IMG/VR virus record: IMGVR_UViG_3300017917_001271 | Span: 27,902 to 91,901 of that record | DNA from: a virus | DNA length: 64,000 bases | Reading direction: 5' to 3' (one strand) | Part shown: positions 36,792 through 45,810 of the stretch, piece by piece | How positions within the stretch are numbered: the first letter of the stretch is position 1 | How the letters are laid out: every line of letters begins with the position of its first letter | Notes under the pieces: generated by a model | The model's database searches: none | What the model saw: only the letters and a program-made list of their open reading frames with translations | Told to the model about the DNA's origin: nothing | Translations under genes and position numbers: made by a program

Positions 36792-37311
36792 TCTTAGTAA
36801 TCTCAGAATCTTGAGTATATTGATCCCAATAAGTAAACTTGTCTTTACTCATTAGGCTTTGAAGGTGATGAGTCCAAACACCGGGGTTTGTAGCACCCCA
36901 TGTCCTGTCATCTAATTTGAGTGTTGCATTATAGTTTAGTTGATTAATGTACGGCAACTTAACACTAATCATAGGAATAAATTTGCTATGTTCACAGTAT
37001 CCTGATTCAATGACACCTTCAATGTGTTCAACACCAAAGTCTAATGCTACCCAGTATCCTGCTTCTAAGCATCCATAGATAACATGATCCCAGTCTTTAT
37101 ATTCATCGTGTGTAATAGCTCTTGGGTTAAAACTTTGACTAGTACCAAAGTAAATTTGCTTAACACCTGTTCTTTCAGCCCAAGAAAGGATATCTTCTAA
37201 AGGCGGTGTACCTACAACAAAGAGCGTGTACATTCCATGTGCAATAGTATGTTCTACTTCATATCCAGTGAAGTAAACTACGTTTTGCCGTTCTTCAGTG
37301 TTTAGTCCCAT
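36781..37311 (-). CDS. Hypothetical protein in deazaguanine cluster
   Basis: 176 aa with alternating beta/alpha pattern; overlaps the T-fold gene. Confidence 0.6.
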   Translation of the reverse strand: MGLNTEERQNVVYFTGYEVEHTIAHGMYTLFVVGTPPLEDILSWAERTGVKQIYFGTSQSFNPRAITHDEYKDWDHVIYGCLEAGYWVALDFGVEHIEGVIESGYCEHSKFIPMISVKLPYINQLNYNATLKLDDRTWGATNPGVWTHHLQSLMSKDKFTYWDQYTQDSEITKNDN

Positions 37312-38198
37312 TTAATATAACCTCTACTGTAGCCATTTGGACGATCCACACCATCCGCAAATGCCTGTTGCCACTGTGTATTACGATTATATGATTTTGT
37401 CCAAAAAGAATCAACCTCTAGTTTACCGTTTTCAATCATCCAACGTGCTTGGTACATGGCATTAATAAATTCTGGAGTTCTTGGACTAGGTTTGATTGTA
37501 GTAACAGCCTTCCAAAGTTGTGCCTGCGCTTCTTCTTTGGATACTGCTTTACCAACAGCATCTACAATTAGAGCATTGTTATTTAGGTTGATTTCTGTAC
37601 CTAGCTCATATTTGCCAGACAAATCAATAACGTTATCGTAGATTTCACTAGTGCCAAGTAATAACTTATCACCCCAAAGTTCTGTATTGCTTGAACCTAA
37701 TACATCAACTTCCATATTTGGAAAGTGCATCTTTAAGTTGTTGTAAACTACCCATGCTAAGAAACCACTGCCTAAAATAATAGTCTTACCATCTGCTCTA
37801 TCTTGGAAGTCGTCTACAATACAGTTAATACCGCAAGCAACCGGCTCTAAGATATATTTTGGATGTAATTCTTTAACTACAACAAATTCTTTATCTCGGC
37901 AATTATAGTAGTCTGCGTATGCAGGTTCGCCTCTAGTGGCTACAAAGTCCCCAACTTTGACACCGTCAATCATTTTATTAACATCTTGACCGACTTTAGT
38001 TACAATACCAAGTCCTTCGTGCCCTTGCATATGAAGAGGTAGCGGACCAAAGTTACCTTGCATCATATCAATGTCACTGCGACACACACCAGTCATAATT
38101 GCTTTAACTTCAATTTCTGTAGAAGATGGTTCTGGTTTGTCGTATTCTACTTCTTCAAAATAGCCCTGGCCGGTTGTTTGTAAGCATCTAACTATCAT
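37302..38198 (-). CDS. Zn-dependent medium-chain dehydrogenase/reductase
   Basis: TGVCRSD, GHEGLGIV, LEPVACG, ILGSGFLA. The start MIVRCL is ATGA-coupled. Confidence 0.85.
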   Translation of the reverse strand: MIVRCLQTTGQGYFEEVEYDKPEPSSTEIEVKAIMTGVCRSDIDMMQGNFGPLPLHMQGHEGLGIVTKVGQDVNKMIDGVKVGDFVATRGEPAYADYYNCRDKEFVVVKELHPKYILEPVACGINCIVDDFQDRADGKTIILGSGFLAWVVYNNLKMHFPNMEVDVLGSSNTELWGDKLLLGTSEIYDNVIDLSGKYELGTEINLNNNALIVDAVGKAVSKEEAQAQLWKAVTTIKPSPRTPEFINAMYQARWMIENGKLEVDSFWTKSYNRNTQWQQAFADGVDRPNGYSRGYIKWD

Positions 38199-39073
38199 AG
38201 ACTTTCTACCTGTTTGTGTATCCATAAATCAATTTCTAATTGTTCATTCCAAAACTGATTATTGTTTAACTTTTCTATAGATTCTTGTATCATATTTTTA
38301 TATGCATACTCGGGACATAGTCCTAGTTCGATAATAGGAATTTCGTTTCTAGATTTAGTGAACCTAATTTGTCGTTGATCAAGAGACATGGTTCTCCATT
38401 GTGCTATTAATTCGCATTTGTGATCAAACTCTATTCGACACTGGTCATCAACGTCATAAGTTCCGTCAGGATACACAGTACCGTACTCTGTTCTGAGTAG
38501 ATCTTTTAATTTAAATTCTTGTGACTTTGTCGAAGAAGATACAGCACTTTCTCTCCAGTTAGGATTAATACAAACGTACAAACTGAGCAAGTGCGGCAGT
38601 AAATCTCTACTAACACCGCCAAACGCTAGTTCTTTAGTTGTAAACCAAGATCCAGGATTCGGAACACGATCCTTATTACACCATTGTATGCTAATGTAGT
38701 TCGATTGAGCCGCCAGTTCTTTCATGTGGTTGATATTATCTCTCCACATATTGTTTTTAACCATCATAAATCGAGTAGATGGAAAGTCTTCTACTAGCTT
38801 ATTCCAATCAGCAGCCGTTTTTAAACCTGGCTTTTCGATAAAAATTATTTTACTAAATGGTGCAAGTGACCTTGCCAACGGTTCGTGTGTAAAGTTTGGA
38901 GTGCAAATGTGTACGGTATCGAACCCGCCGTGTACAAGTATTGCAGGATTAACACTAGGAAAGTCTGCTCCTTTTGCAATATCACTGTCTACGGTAACAA
39001 TTTCGTGACCTAACTCAGTTAATACTGTTTTATATAACTGGCCGATGCCCATTCCAACAATTAAACTCTTCAC
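38195..39073 (-). CDS. Gfo/Idh/MocA family NAD(P) oxidoreductase
   Basis: IVGMGIG, VHICTPNFTH, IFIEKP, GGVSRDLLPH. Confidence 0.85.
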   Translation of the reverse strand: MKSLIVGMGIGQLYKTVLTELGHEIVTVDSDIAKGADFPSVNPAILVHGGFDTVHICTPNFTHEPLARSLAPFSKIIFIEKPGLKTAADWNKLVEDFPSTRFMMVKNNMWRDNINHMKELAAQSNYISIQWCNKDRVPNPGSWFTTKELAFGGVSRDLLPHLLSLYVCINPNWRESAVSSSTKSQEFKLKDLLRTEYGTVYPDGTYDVDDQCRIEFDHKCELIAQWRTMSLDQRQIRFTKSRNEIPIIELGLCPEYAYKNMIQESIEKLNNNQFWNEQLEIDLWIHKQVESL

Positions 39074-39321
39074 TCTTTAGTTTCCTTTTTAGATTCTTCG
39101 TAGGCACGTATCATTCGATAAACAGGCTCCATTTGTTTTTGGAATATCTCAGGAGATGCTTCTGCTGCCCTGTCCATATCATATTCACTGGGGAAGTGTC
39201 TAAGAATGGACCTGGCTTCTTGCTTCATATCGTCGGATAAGCCGCTTCTGGTCTGCATTATCGAAATTAAAAATCGTTCAGCCCATCTGACTGCACGATA
39301 ACGTTCGTCGGGTAGTGTCAT
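39070..39321 (-). CDS. Hypothetical protein
   Basis: MTLPDERYRA...ARSILRHFP; ATGA-coupled on both sides. Confidence 0.6.
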   Translation of the reverse strand: MTLPDERYRAVRWAERFLISIMQTRSGLSDDMKQEARSILRHFPSEYDMDRAAEASPEIFQKQMEPVYRMIRAYEESKKETKE

Positions 39322-40871
39322 TCTTTTACCTGTAATTCTAGCTGGTCTAATTTTGATTCTTCCTCGTCAGTAAATTCGCCATCACTATGATCCGATTGTA
39401 CACTATCTTCTTCCACTTCGTCAAACAATTCGAAGTATTTGGTACTAGCATTAACAGTCTTTTTACCAACCGCACCTCTAGTACCAGGAATAGCCATCCA
39501 AAAACGACTAAACTCGTCAATAATTGAATCAGCAACACCTTTACTGGATGTTGAAAAGATGGCGTCAATTACATCTTTAAAGAAGACTCTATCAAATCGT
39601 TCGTCTACTAACATGTTAGGACAAAGTCCTGCATCGTACTGACGGTTAGCTTCCTGTACACTATTAATATGATGCCATACATTATGCCCCATCATAATAG
39701 CATAACTGAAACTGTCCCAACTGGTGCGCCCTTCTTTACCTATCTTATTTAGGTCTCCGGGTTTGTATATACAAATATCCTTAATAGGAACACCATCCAT
39801 AACAGGACTAGTACTAAATGATTTGAAATGAGCATCTTGTACTACTGCGTCTTGGAAGAGTCTCGTGTCTGTTGCGTACTTTTTGTCATCAATAGACGGC
39901 AACATTCTGTAGAGCCACTTTTTTCGATCTTCAATTTCTGTTTGGACATAGATTTGTCCGTTGGCTGTTGCCAAAAACGGTGAGGCGCAGTCAAAAGATA
40001 TGGTAAAGTTTTCATTATGATACTTCCTTACAGCACGTTGAACATCAGTGAGCAATAATGCCCACTCCAATTTTGATGTACCCAAGAAGTGCATCCAGTC
40101 TTGGTGCCCTTTCTCTAGTAAACCATCAAACCTTAGTGACACTAGTCTTTTCAAAACTAAGTGTACGTCACACATATTCTGTCCACCCATAGCCCAACCG
40201 TTAAAAGCACGGTCGCCATATACTTTAGGATCGCAATATTGTTTCATGCGACCATACCAATCATCTGCATCAGTGTGGTTTTCACCTTGCAAGACGTTTA
40301 AAAATTTACAATTACCATTACGATTGTTTACAAACCAATCATTATTAATATAGGTACCTTGAACTGCTTCTGCGTAAGTGCTAATACCAGTGGCTTTTTG
40401 ACCAGCAGGACTACGAGCAACCCATGCCGGGATATCGAGACACATACCATAGTCCATAAGTGCGTCCATCCACTTAAGAACCTGTTCACGTTTCTTTTGT
40501 GCTTTGGGACAGTTAGGATTTTTCCAGTCACCTTCCCATACACCCTTACCAATCTGAAAGCCTCCGCTATCGCCTAGCACCCAACTAGTGGCACGATTGC
40601 GATTGCGAAACATATCCTCGCCTTCGTCTTGTTTGTTTAAATCAAGATTAGCATGGCCTGCACTATACAAACAATGGTCATAATAAAATAGTCCGCGATC
40701 TGGGTCTAAATAATTTAGACTTTCTACACCGTTTTTCCATACAGCAGGAATACGTGCAGGATCCACATAATTACTATACCGTTGTTTGCCAATAAAAGTG
40801 GCATAGAATCCACTTGTTGCTGGCAAAAAGTATGCGTAATCGTTCTGTGCCGCTGTTAGGTTTTTATTCAT
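39318..40871 (-). CDS. dpdA: Guanine transglycosylase of the TGT/DpdA family (probable DNA 7-deazaguanine insertase)
   Basis: TGT-barrel motifs in order: LGDSGGFQ, MCLDIP, NVLQG, GWAMGG, MHFLG, ISFDCASP. No CxCxxC Zn motif of tRNA TGTs. The start MNKNL is TAATG-coupled. Confidence 0.8.
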   Translation of the reverse strand: MNKNLTAAQNDYAYFLPATSGFYATFIGKQRYSNYVDPARIPAVWKNGVESLNYLDPDRGLFYYDHCLYSAGHANLDLNKQDEGEDMFRNRNRATSWVLGDSGGFQIGKGVWEGDWKNPNCPKAQKKREQVLKWMDALMDYGMCLDIPAWVARSPAGQKATGISTYAEAVQGTYINNDWFVNNRNGNCKFLNVLQGENHTDADDWYGRMKQYCDPKVYGDRAFNGWAMGGQNMCDVHLVLKRLVSLRFDGLLEKGHQDWMHFLGTSKLEWALLLTDVQRAVRKYHNENFTISFDCASPFLATANGQIYVQTEIEDRKKWLYRMLPSIDDKKYATDTRLFQDAVVQDAHFKSFSTSPVMDGVPIKDICIYKPGDLNKIGKEGRTSWDSFSYAIMMGHNVWHHINSVQEANRQYDAGLCPNMLVDERFDRVFFKDVIDAIFSTSSKGVADSIIDEFSRFWMAIPGTRGAVGKKTVNASTKYFELFDEVEEDSVQSDHSDGEFTDEEESKLDQLELQVKE

Positions 40872-41134
40872 TAAATCCAACCACCTGCTCTAGCAATACC
40901 AATGATACCAACTAAAATCCAAAAAGCATTCAGAAGTGTATATGCTTTGTCTTTCTTTAACATGGCACAATAGGTTAAGAGAATAGCGTCAATGGTATTA
41001 AAGATCCATACAAACATAAATGGGCTTGCAGGTCCTAGCCATGACACTAATGTAAAACTAATAATGCGCATAATTACCCCAATCATTTCCATTTGGGGAA
41101 TATGAGATTTAATATAATCTAAGATAAATGTCAT
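40871..41134 (-). CDS. Small integral membrane protein
   Basis: Three hydrophobic segments in 87 aa. Confidence 0.6.
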   Translation of the reverse strand: MTFILDYIKSHIPQMEMIGVIMRIISFTLVSWLGPASPFMFVWIFNTIDAILLTYCAMLKKDKAYTLLNAFWILVGIIGIARAGGWI

Positions 41135-41136
41135 GA

Positions 41137-41880
41137 TTATTTGCTCTGTGCTGGTAAAATATAATCGTAAGATGCAATACCACTGTCAACAGTGATCATC
41201 ATAGCACCTACATCTGCAATTTTCATAGTCACATCGCCTGGCAAGTTAAGAATACTCATAACTTGAATAACCGGCCACGACCATGTTTGTTTTAGTTTTC
41301 CATTTACACCTGCATGGAAGATAAATTCACCTGCGTGTGTGCTTGCATCACCAAAGCTAAACACTAAGTTGTCGTTTTCTGTGCGTACTTGAAAAACAGT
41401 TTCTTCGCTGTTAGCGTTTGCTTGGAACTTTAATTTTTGAATTGCTGCAACACTAGGAGCGAATTCAATGTCCCATTTAGCACCTTTAAACTTAACACTC
41501 TTAAGTTTTTCATTGATAATCTCTGTACTCATAAAACGATAATCGTTTTCGAAGTCGCCTGCTTCATTTTCAAAGTGTAAGCCTGTTGGAATGTCTTCGC
41601 CGTTGCGGTTAGCAACTACCACACTAATCTTGGCCTTTTCTTTATATTCAGGACACTTAAGATGAATGTCCAGTTTATTAAGATTAGGCATGCCAAAGAT
41701 ACCGTTGAATTCATCAACAGGGCTTTTAGTTTTGGCATTAATAATAACACTACGGTCTTCGGCCATAGCTTCAATTTCTGTTGCTTGATCAGTAGAACTG
41801 ACTTTAACCAAAGGAATAAATCCTAGGCTGTGTGTATGTGCAACGAGGTCTTGTAAAATATCTTTCATATGATTCTCCAT
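41137..41880 (-). CDS. Probable DNA polymerase sliding clamp (PCNA/gp45-like)
   Basis: About 245 aa, acidic, two genes from the polymerase. The C-terminal ITVDSGIASYDYILPAQ is PCNA-like. Confidence 0.55.
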   Translation of the reverse strand: MENHMKDILQDLVAHTHSLGFIPLVKVSSTDQATEIEAMAEDRSVIINAKTKSPVDEFNGIFGMPNLNKLDIHLKCPEYKEKAKISVVVANRNGEDIPTGLHFENEAGDFENDYRFMSTEIINEKLKSVKFKGAKWDIEFAPSVAAIQKLKFQANANSEETVFQVRTENDNLVFSFGDASTHAGEFIFHAGVNGKLKQTWSWPVIQVMSILNLPGDVTMKIADVGAMMITVDSGIASYDYILPAQSK

Positions 41881-41888
41881 GTTTAATG

Positions 41889-41917
41889 ATTATATTTAGG
41901 TTTTTGATCAAAGTCAA
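41889..41917 (-). promoter_or_regulatory. Composite sigma70/late promoter
   Basis: TTGACT-17-TATAAT with CCTAAATA overlapping the -10. Shares CAAAAACCTAAATA with the folE promoter. Confidence 0.75.
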
Positions 41918-42687
41918 GGACTTTTTCTTATCTTTTTATTGTATTCTACAGCTGATTCAACCAAACTGCTAGGACAATTTATAGTATTGGTCCACTTGAT
42001 AAATGCTTCTGTGTCTTTAGGAAAACAAGCACCTCCCCAACCAACTTGTCCGTCTGGTCCAGGTACAAGCGTATGATCTGCACCAATACGTGTATCTTGT
42101 GAAACTATGTGTCTAACTGTGTCAAAATCGATATTCGCAGTTTGGCAAATATCATGTATTTGATTAAAGAAGCTAGTCTTTAACGCTAAAAAACAATTGG
42201 CTGTATATTTGATCATGCTGGCTTCTTCAGCAGTACAATGCATAACCATTTTACAGTTGGGTAGTGTACTTTGAAATAAATCTTGCCAAAAGCATTCAGG
42301 ATCTTCTCCGCCAATTACAACATATTTTTGATTTAAAAAATCTTTATCGGCTGTGCCGGCTCTTAAGAACTCTGGGCTATAGCAGATGCTATGGTCTGGG
42401 TATATTTCTTTAATACCTTCTACTATGCCTGGGGTTACTGTACTTTTAATTAATACTGGCATAAAGATTGGAATATGATCCAATACTTCAGCTACAATAC
42501 TAGCATCGCACACTCCGTATTCGGTAGTAGGAGTAGGAACACAGATTATAATACCGTCTGCATCTTGATGGTCAATAATTTTAAAATCTGTGTACTTAGG
42601 ATCGTGAATAACAATTTCGTGCTGACTCTTTAGAGCGTTAGCTACTGCTTTTCCAACGTAACCATAACCTGCAATTATAAGTTTCAT
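41914..42687 (-). CDS. ugd: UDP-glucose/GDP-mannose 6-dehydrogenase family (short form)
   Basis: IAGYGYVG, ICVPTP, IKSTVTPG, SPEFLR, KYTANCFLA, GWGGACFPKD. At 257 aa it lacks the C-terminal domain. Confidence 0.85.
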   Translation of the reverse strand: MKLIIAGYGYVGKAVANALKSQHEIVIHDPKYTDFKIIDHQDADGIIICVPTPTTEYGVCDASIVAEVLDHIPIFMPVLIKSTVTPGIVEGIKEIYPDHSICYSPEFLRAGTADKDFLNQKYVVIGGEDPECFWQDLFQSTLPNCKMVMHCTAEEASMIKYTANCFLALKTSFFNQIHDICQTANIDFDTVRHIVSQDTRIGADHTLVPGPDGQVGWGGACFPKDTEAFIKWTNTINCPSSLVESAVEYNKKIRKSP

Positions 42688-42688
42688 A

Positions 42689-45358
42689 TTAAAATTCGAA
42701 CAGGCTGTTAAACGTGTTCTTTTCCTCTGTTGACTTAATATCCCAGTTCAACACACCAATTAAGTTTGATAACTTGTTATCGATAATTGTTGCTTCCATT
42801 TCTTCGTGATCAAAAGGCAAATCTTTAAACCACTGTGGCAAGCGCAATTCATCTACAGGATATGCAACGCTGGTAAATCCTAGCGGGTTTTGTTTAAGTT
42901 TGCAGACAATGACTTTTTGTCCGTCTGTAATGTTCATACTGTATTTGTCGTTATACATACGCTTTAATGTATTCCAGTTAATACTTGCACGAACATGCCC
43001 TGGCATATTTGCCTTACCTGCTTTCTTTTCTTTAGATTCGTATTCTGTAATATTATTTGCTCGCTTAGGCGAACCTTTCTCCCAACCGGGTCTAGCTTTG
43101 AAAGCTGTACGGAAATGTGTAATATGTTCCAGCACCTGTTCTTCTGTAGAGCCAGTTAGCACCATTTCAAGAACATCACTTAGAAAGTTTTGAATAAATT
43201 CTGGAGTATCACTACGTTTGAGATCCAACCCCATGGCCTTGATCTTACCGGGTTTACCTTCTGTATCTGTGCGTTTACCTTCTTTATCATAATAAAGAAC
43301 AGCATATCGTTTCTTAGTAATAAACAGACTCTTACTACCAACAATTTCACGGCCTGCACGAATAACTTCTCCTCGACTCTTTGGACAATGAAATGCATCT
43401 AACATGAATTGTGGAAATGTAGTATTAACTTCATCTCCAATTTGATCATATAGTCCAACAACAGTTTCTTTAGTCCACGGAATATGTCCAGAATCAATTT
43501 CTTTCTTTAGAGTTTTGTAAGCACTAAAGTAGCAGGAGTCGGTATCTCCATAGATAATTGCCTTGCCCACGTGGTTATATTCTCCCGCAATGATTTCATT
43601 GACTTTTCCAGCCATATGTTTTGCGATCTGTCTTCCTGTAAGAGTTGTAGATTGGCCGATGCGCTTATCAAAAAAGCGACAGCCAGGATTAAGAATGGCG
43701 CCATAGAGCGAGTTAAGATTAATCTTCTTAACCAATTGTCTCTTGTCCCAATATTCTTCTTCAATTTTGTTACCAGCATTTATAGCCTCCTTTAACTTGG
43801 CCTGCATTTCTTTACGTTCTGCATACCAACGTTTTAGTAGCCCTGGAATAATACCTTCTTTTTCATAGGTAAAGATAGTGCCGTTAGCTGAAAGCATCCA
43901 GGGCTGATTGCTTTCAAAAATTAATCTGTAAACTTCTGCTGCACTGACAACATCACTAGATCCGTCTTCCCAGTCGATAGTAATATCAGTTCCAATCTCT
44001 TGATTCATTACAGCAGTATATTCTAAACTGCCAAACACACCTTCCCATGCTGCCGCAAACGACTTTCCTTTCGCCATTTGATTTTGTAAAAAATCTTCAG
44101 TCATTGTTTGACGCAACTGACCAATAATAGTTTCAGGACCCATGTTAAGCGCACGAATGGCACTAGGATACAGACTGTTAATATCTAAAGATCCTACCCA
44201 GTCTTGAATCCCTTCTTTAGGATAAGCCACATACGCACCAGCAGCGCCTTCGTTTGTTTCGCGCTCGCTCATCTTAGGGCGATTAGGTACAACAAATCCT
44301 CTACGATGTGCTTCGTTAATAATAGCCTGTTCCGTCACAGCAACAGCACCCATTGTTGTCTGTAACAGTACTGTGTTTTCATGTGCCAGTGTGTTGGCAA
44401 GATCTAGGAACTTTAATTTTTTATCAAGTCTGTCCAATAGCGCACAGTCTTGTCTGTTGTATTCGACGAACGTTTTAAAATCGTTGTTGTAGAGTTGGTC
44501 CAAAGTTCCTTCATACTGAGTCTTTCTTTCACCGAGTTCGTATTCCGCGATGGCATCCAGTCGATAGGAGTGTCTTTCTTCATAGGTATACTTTCTGTAA
44601 AGTTCAAGATAGTCTACATGAACACGACCAACAAAGTCGTAAGTAGTTGCAGTACGTCCAAATTTTTCGTATTCACGTTTGCGTGGTAGTTGATCAAACA
44701 AACAAAAACGGCGTGTGTCTTCTTTGCTCAGTGTTTTTGTAATTCTATTGACAGTATAAGGAATATCAAAACCTTCACTATTCCACCCTGACAACACATC
44801 TGCTTCTTGTATTAGATCCAAAAATGTTGATAATAGATCTGCTTCATTATCAAACAGCATAGTGTTAGGAAATTCTTTAACCATTTCCTTGGCATCTTCC
44901 ATGCTAAGACCTTTGGGAGGTATAGCCAAGCAGATCATTGTATCTAACCACTGCAAATGAATTGCAATGGCAGTAATGGGCATAAATGCATCATCTGGCG
45001 ATGCGTAGCCACGCTCTGGATCAAAGTCTACTTCAATATCGAAAAATGCAGCATTTAACTTTGGAGCATCTTGATTAAGATAGTTTTCGCTTAAACAAAC
45101 AAATATCGGATTGATGTCAGCTTCATAAAGAGTCTTGCCACTATTGATGGCCATTTCTTTACGTAATTCTTTAGTATTTTTACAGACAATTCTAGTTACT
45201 GGCTCGCTGTAAATTGAAAGATGTTTGCCCTTAGGGTCTTTAACATATAGCGTGTGACGTACAGGAATGTCTCTAAATTCCCTGTCACCTTTTTTGTTGC
45301 GTTCAACCACACGAATAATATCATTGTCGCGGTCAAACCATGCGTCTACATAAGACAT
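42689..45358 (-). CDS. polB: Family B DNA polymerase (T4 gp43-like)
   Basis: Exonuclease motifs FDIEV, GWNSEGFDIPY and YNRQD; polymerase motifs DINSLYPS, KINLNSLYG, YGDTDS and KKRY. Confidence 0.97.
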   Translation of the reverse strand: MSYVDAWFDRDNDIIRVVERNKKGDREFRDIPVRHTLYVKDPKGKHLSIYSEPVTRIVCKNTKELRKEMAINSGKTLYEADINPIFVCLSENYLNQDAPKLNAAFFDIEVDFDPERGYASPDDAFMPITAIAIHLQWLDTMICLAIPPKGLSMEDAKEMVKEFPNTMLFDNEADLLSTFLDLIQEADVLSGWNSEGFDIPYTVNRITKTLSKEDTRRFCLFDQLPRKREYEKFGRTATTYDFVGRVHVDYLELYRKYTYEERHSYRLDAIAEYELGERKTQYEGTLDQLYNNDFKTFVEYNRQDCALLDRLDKKLKFLDLANTLAHENTVLLQTTMGAVAVTEQAIINEAHRRGFVVPNRPKMSERETNEGAAGAYVAYPKEGIQDWVGSLDINSLYPSAIRALNMGPETIIGQLRQTMTEDFLQNQMAKGKSFAAAWEGVFGSLEYTAVMNQEIGTDITIDWEDGSSDVVSAAEVYRLIFESNQPWMLSANGTIFTYEKEGIIPGLLKRWYAERKEMQAKLKEAINAGNKIEEEYWDKRQLVKKINLNSLYGAILNPGCRFFDKRIGQSTTLTGRQIAKHMAGKVNEIIAGEYNHVGKAIIYGDTDSCYFSAYKTLKKEIDSGHIPWTKETVVGLYDQIGDEVNTTFPQFMLDAFHCPKSRGEVIRAGREIVGSKSLFITKKRYAVLYYDKEGKRTDTEGKPGKIKAMGLDLKRSDTPEFIQNFLSDVLEMVLTGSTEEQVLEHITHFRTAFKARPGWEKGSPKRANNITEYESKEKKAGKANMPGHVRASINWNTLKRMYNDKYSMNITDGQKVIVCKLKQNPLGFTSVAYPVDELRLPQWFKDLPFDHEEMEATIIDNKLSNLIGVLNWDIKSTEEKNTFNSLFEF

Positions 45359-45373
45359 AAATTTTTCTCTCCA

Positions 45374-45422
45374 TGCGATTTATGGCTCGCAAATACCGAT
45401 ATGGCGGATTTTGGCCCGCCAT
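45374..45422 (-). promoter_or_regulatory. Twin hairpins in the polymerase leader (putative translational operator)
   Basis: The mRNA reads AUGGCGG-GCCAAAAU-CCGCCAU and then UGCGA-GCCAUAAA-UCGCA, followed by a GGAG SD. Confidence 0.6.
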
Positions 45423-45431
45423 GCCATCTAT

Positions 45432-45460
45432 ATTATAACAATTTTAGATACGTTTTGTAA
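45432..45460 (-). promoter_or_regulatory. Sigma70-type promoter for the polymerase (extended -10)
   Basis: TTACAA-17-TATAAT, with TGn immediately before the -10. Confidence 0.55.
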
Positions 45461-45701
45461 TATCCAAAATTGCTTCAATTTCTTCCCAGTCTTCGTTGTA
45501 AGCCTGCCAATCACCTTTATGTGCGATTTTAATTGCTTTATTAATAACGCTGGGCTTTACTTGTAATTCCTCTGCTACTGCCTTAACAGTTTCTTTTAAG
45601 CCTTCTTGTAGATCTTCAATTTCACGTAATACTGTGGAACCTTCGCTAATTAAACGTTCCAATTTAGCCTTTTCTTCTGCACCGTATGAACGACCGCCCA
45701 T
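45444..45701 (-). CDS. Small helical dsDNA-binding protein (T4 DsbA/GapR-like)
   Basis: 85 aa, helical, with LKETVKAVAEELQVKPSVINKAIKIAH and an AGGAG SD. Confidence 0.5.
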   Translation of the reverse strand: MGGRSYGAEEKAKLERLISEGSTVLREIEDLQEGLKETVKAVAEELQVKPSVINKAIKIAHKGDWQAYNEDWEEIEAILDITKRI

Positions 45702-45724
45702 ATAAATCTCCTAATAATATGCCT

Positions 45725-45753
45725 ATTGTACTATACTTATGTTTACAAATCAA
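45725..45753 (-). promoter_or_regulatory. Sigma70-type promoter
   Basis: TTGATT-17-TACAAT. Confidence 0.6.
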
Positions 45754-45761
45754 GTGTTAAA

Positions 45762-45791
45762 ATAAAAAATGGCAGAAAAATCTGCCATTTT
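45762..45791 (-). terminator. Intrinsic terminator
   Basis: AAAATGGCAGA-TTTT-TCTGCCATTTT with a U-rich tail, just after the stop of 45811..48627. Confidence 0.75.
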
Positions 45792-45810
45792 AATGTAGTT
45801 TAAAACCTTT

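Noticed and set aside
39318-40871. Calling this a canonical tRNA-guanine transglycosylase for queuosine
   Set aside because: It lacks the CxCxxC Zn motif, is much longer, has no queA/queF/queC nearby and sits with replication genes. DpdA-like is favoured, though tRNA activity is not excluded.
42689-45358. Intein or intron in the DNA polymerase
   Set aside because: It is 889 aa with contiguous motifs, and shows no splice or homing-endonuclease signatures.
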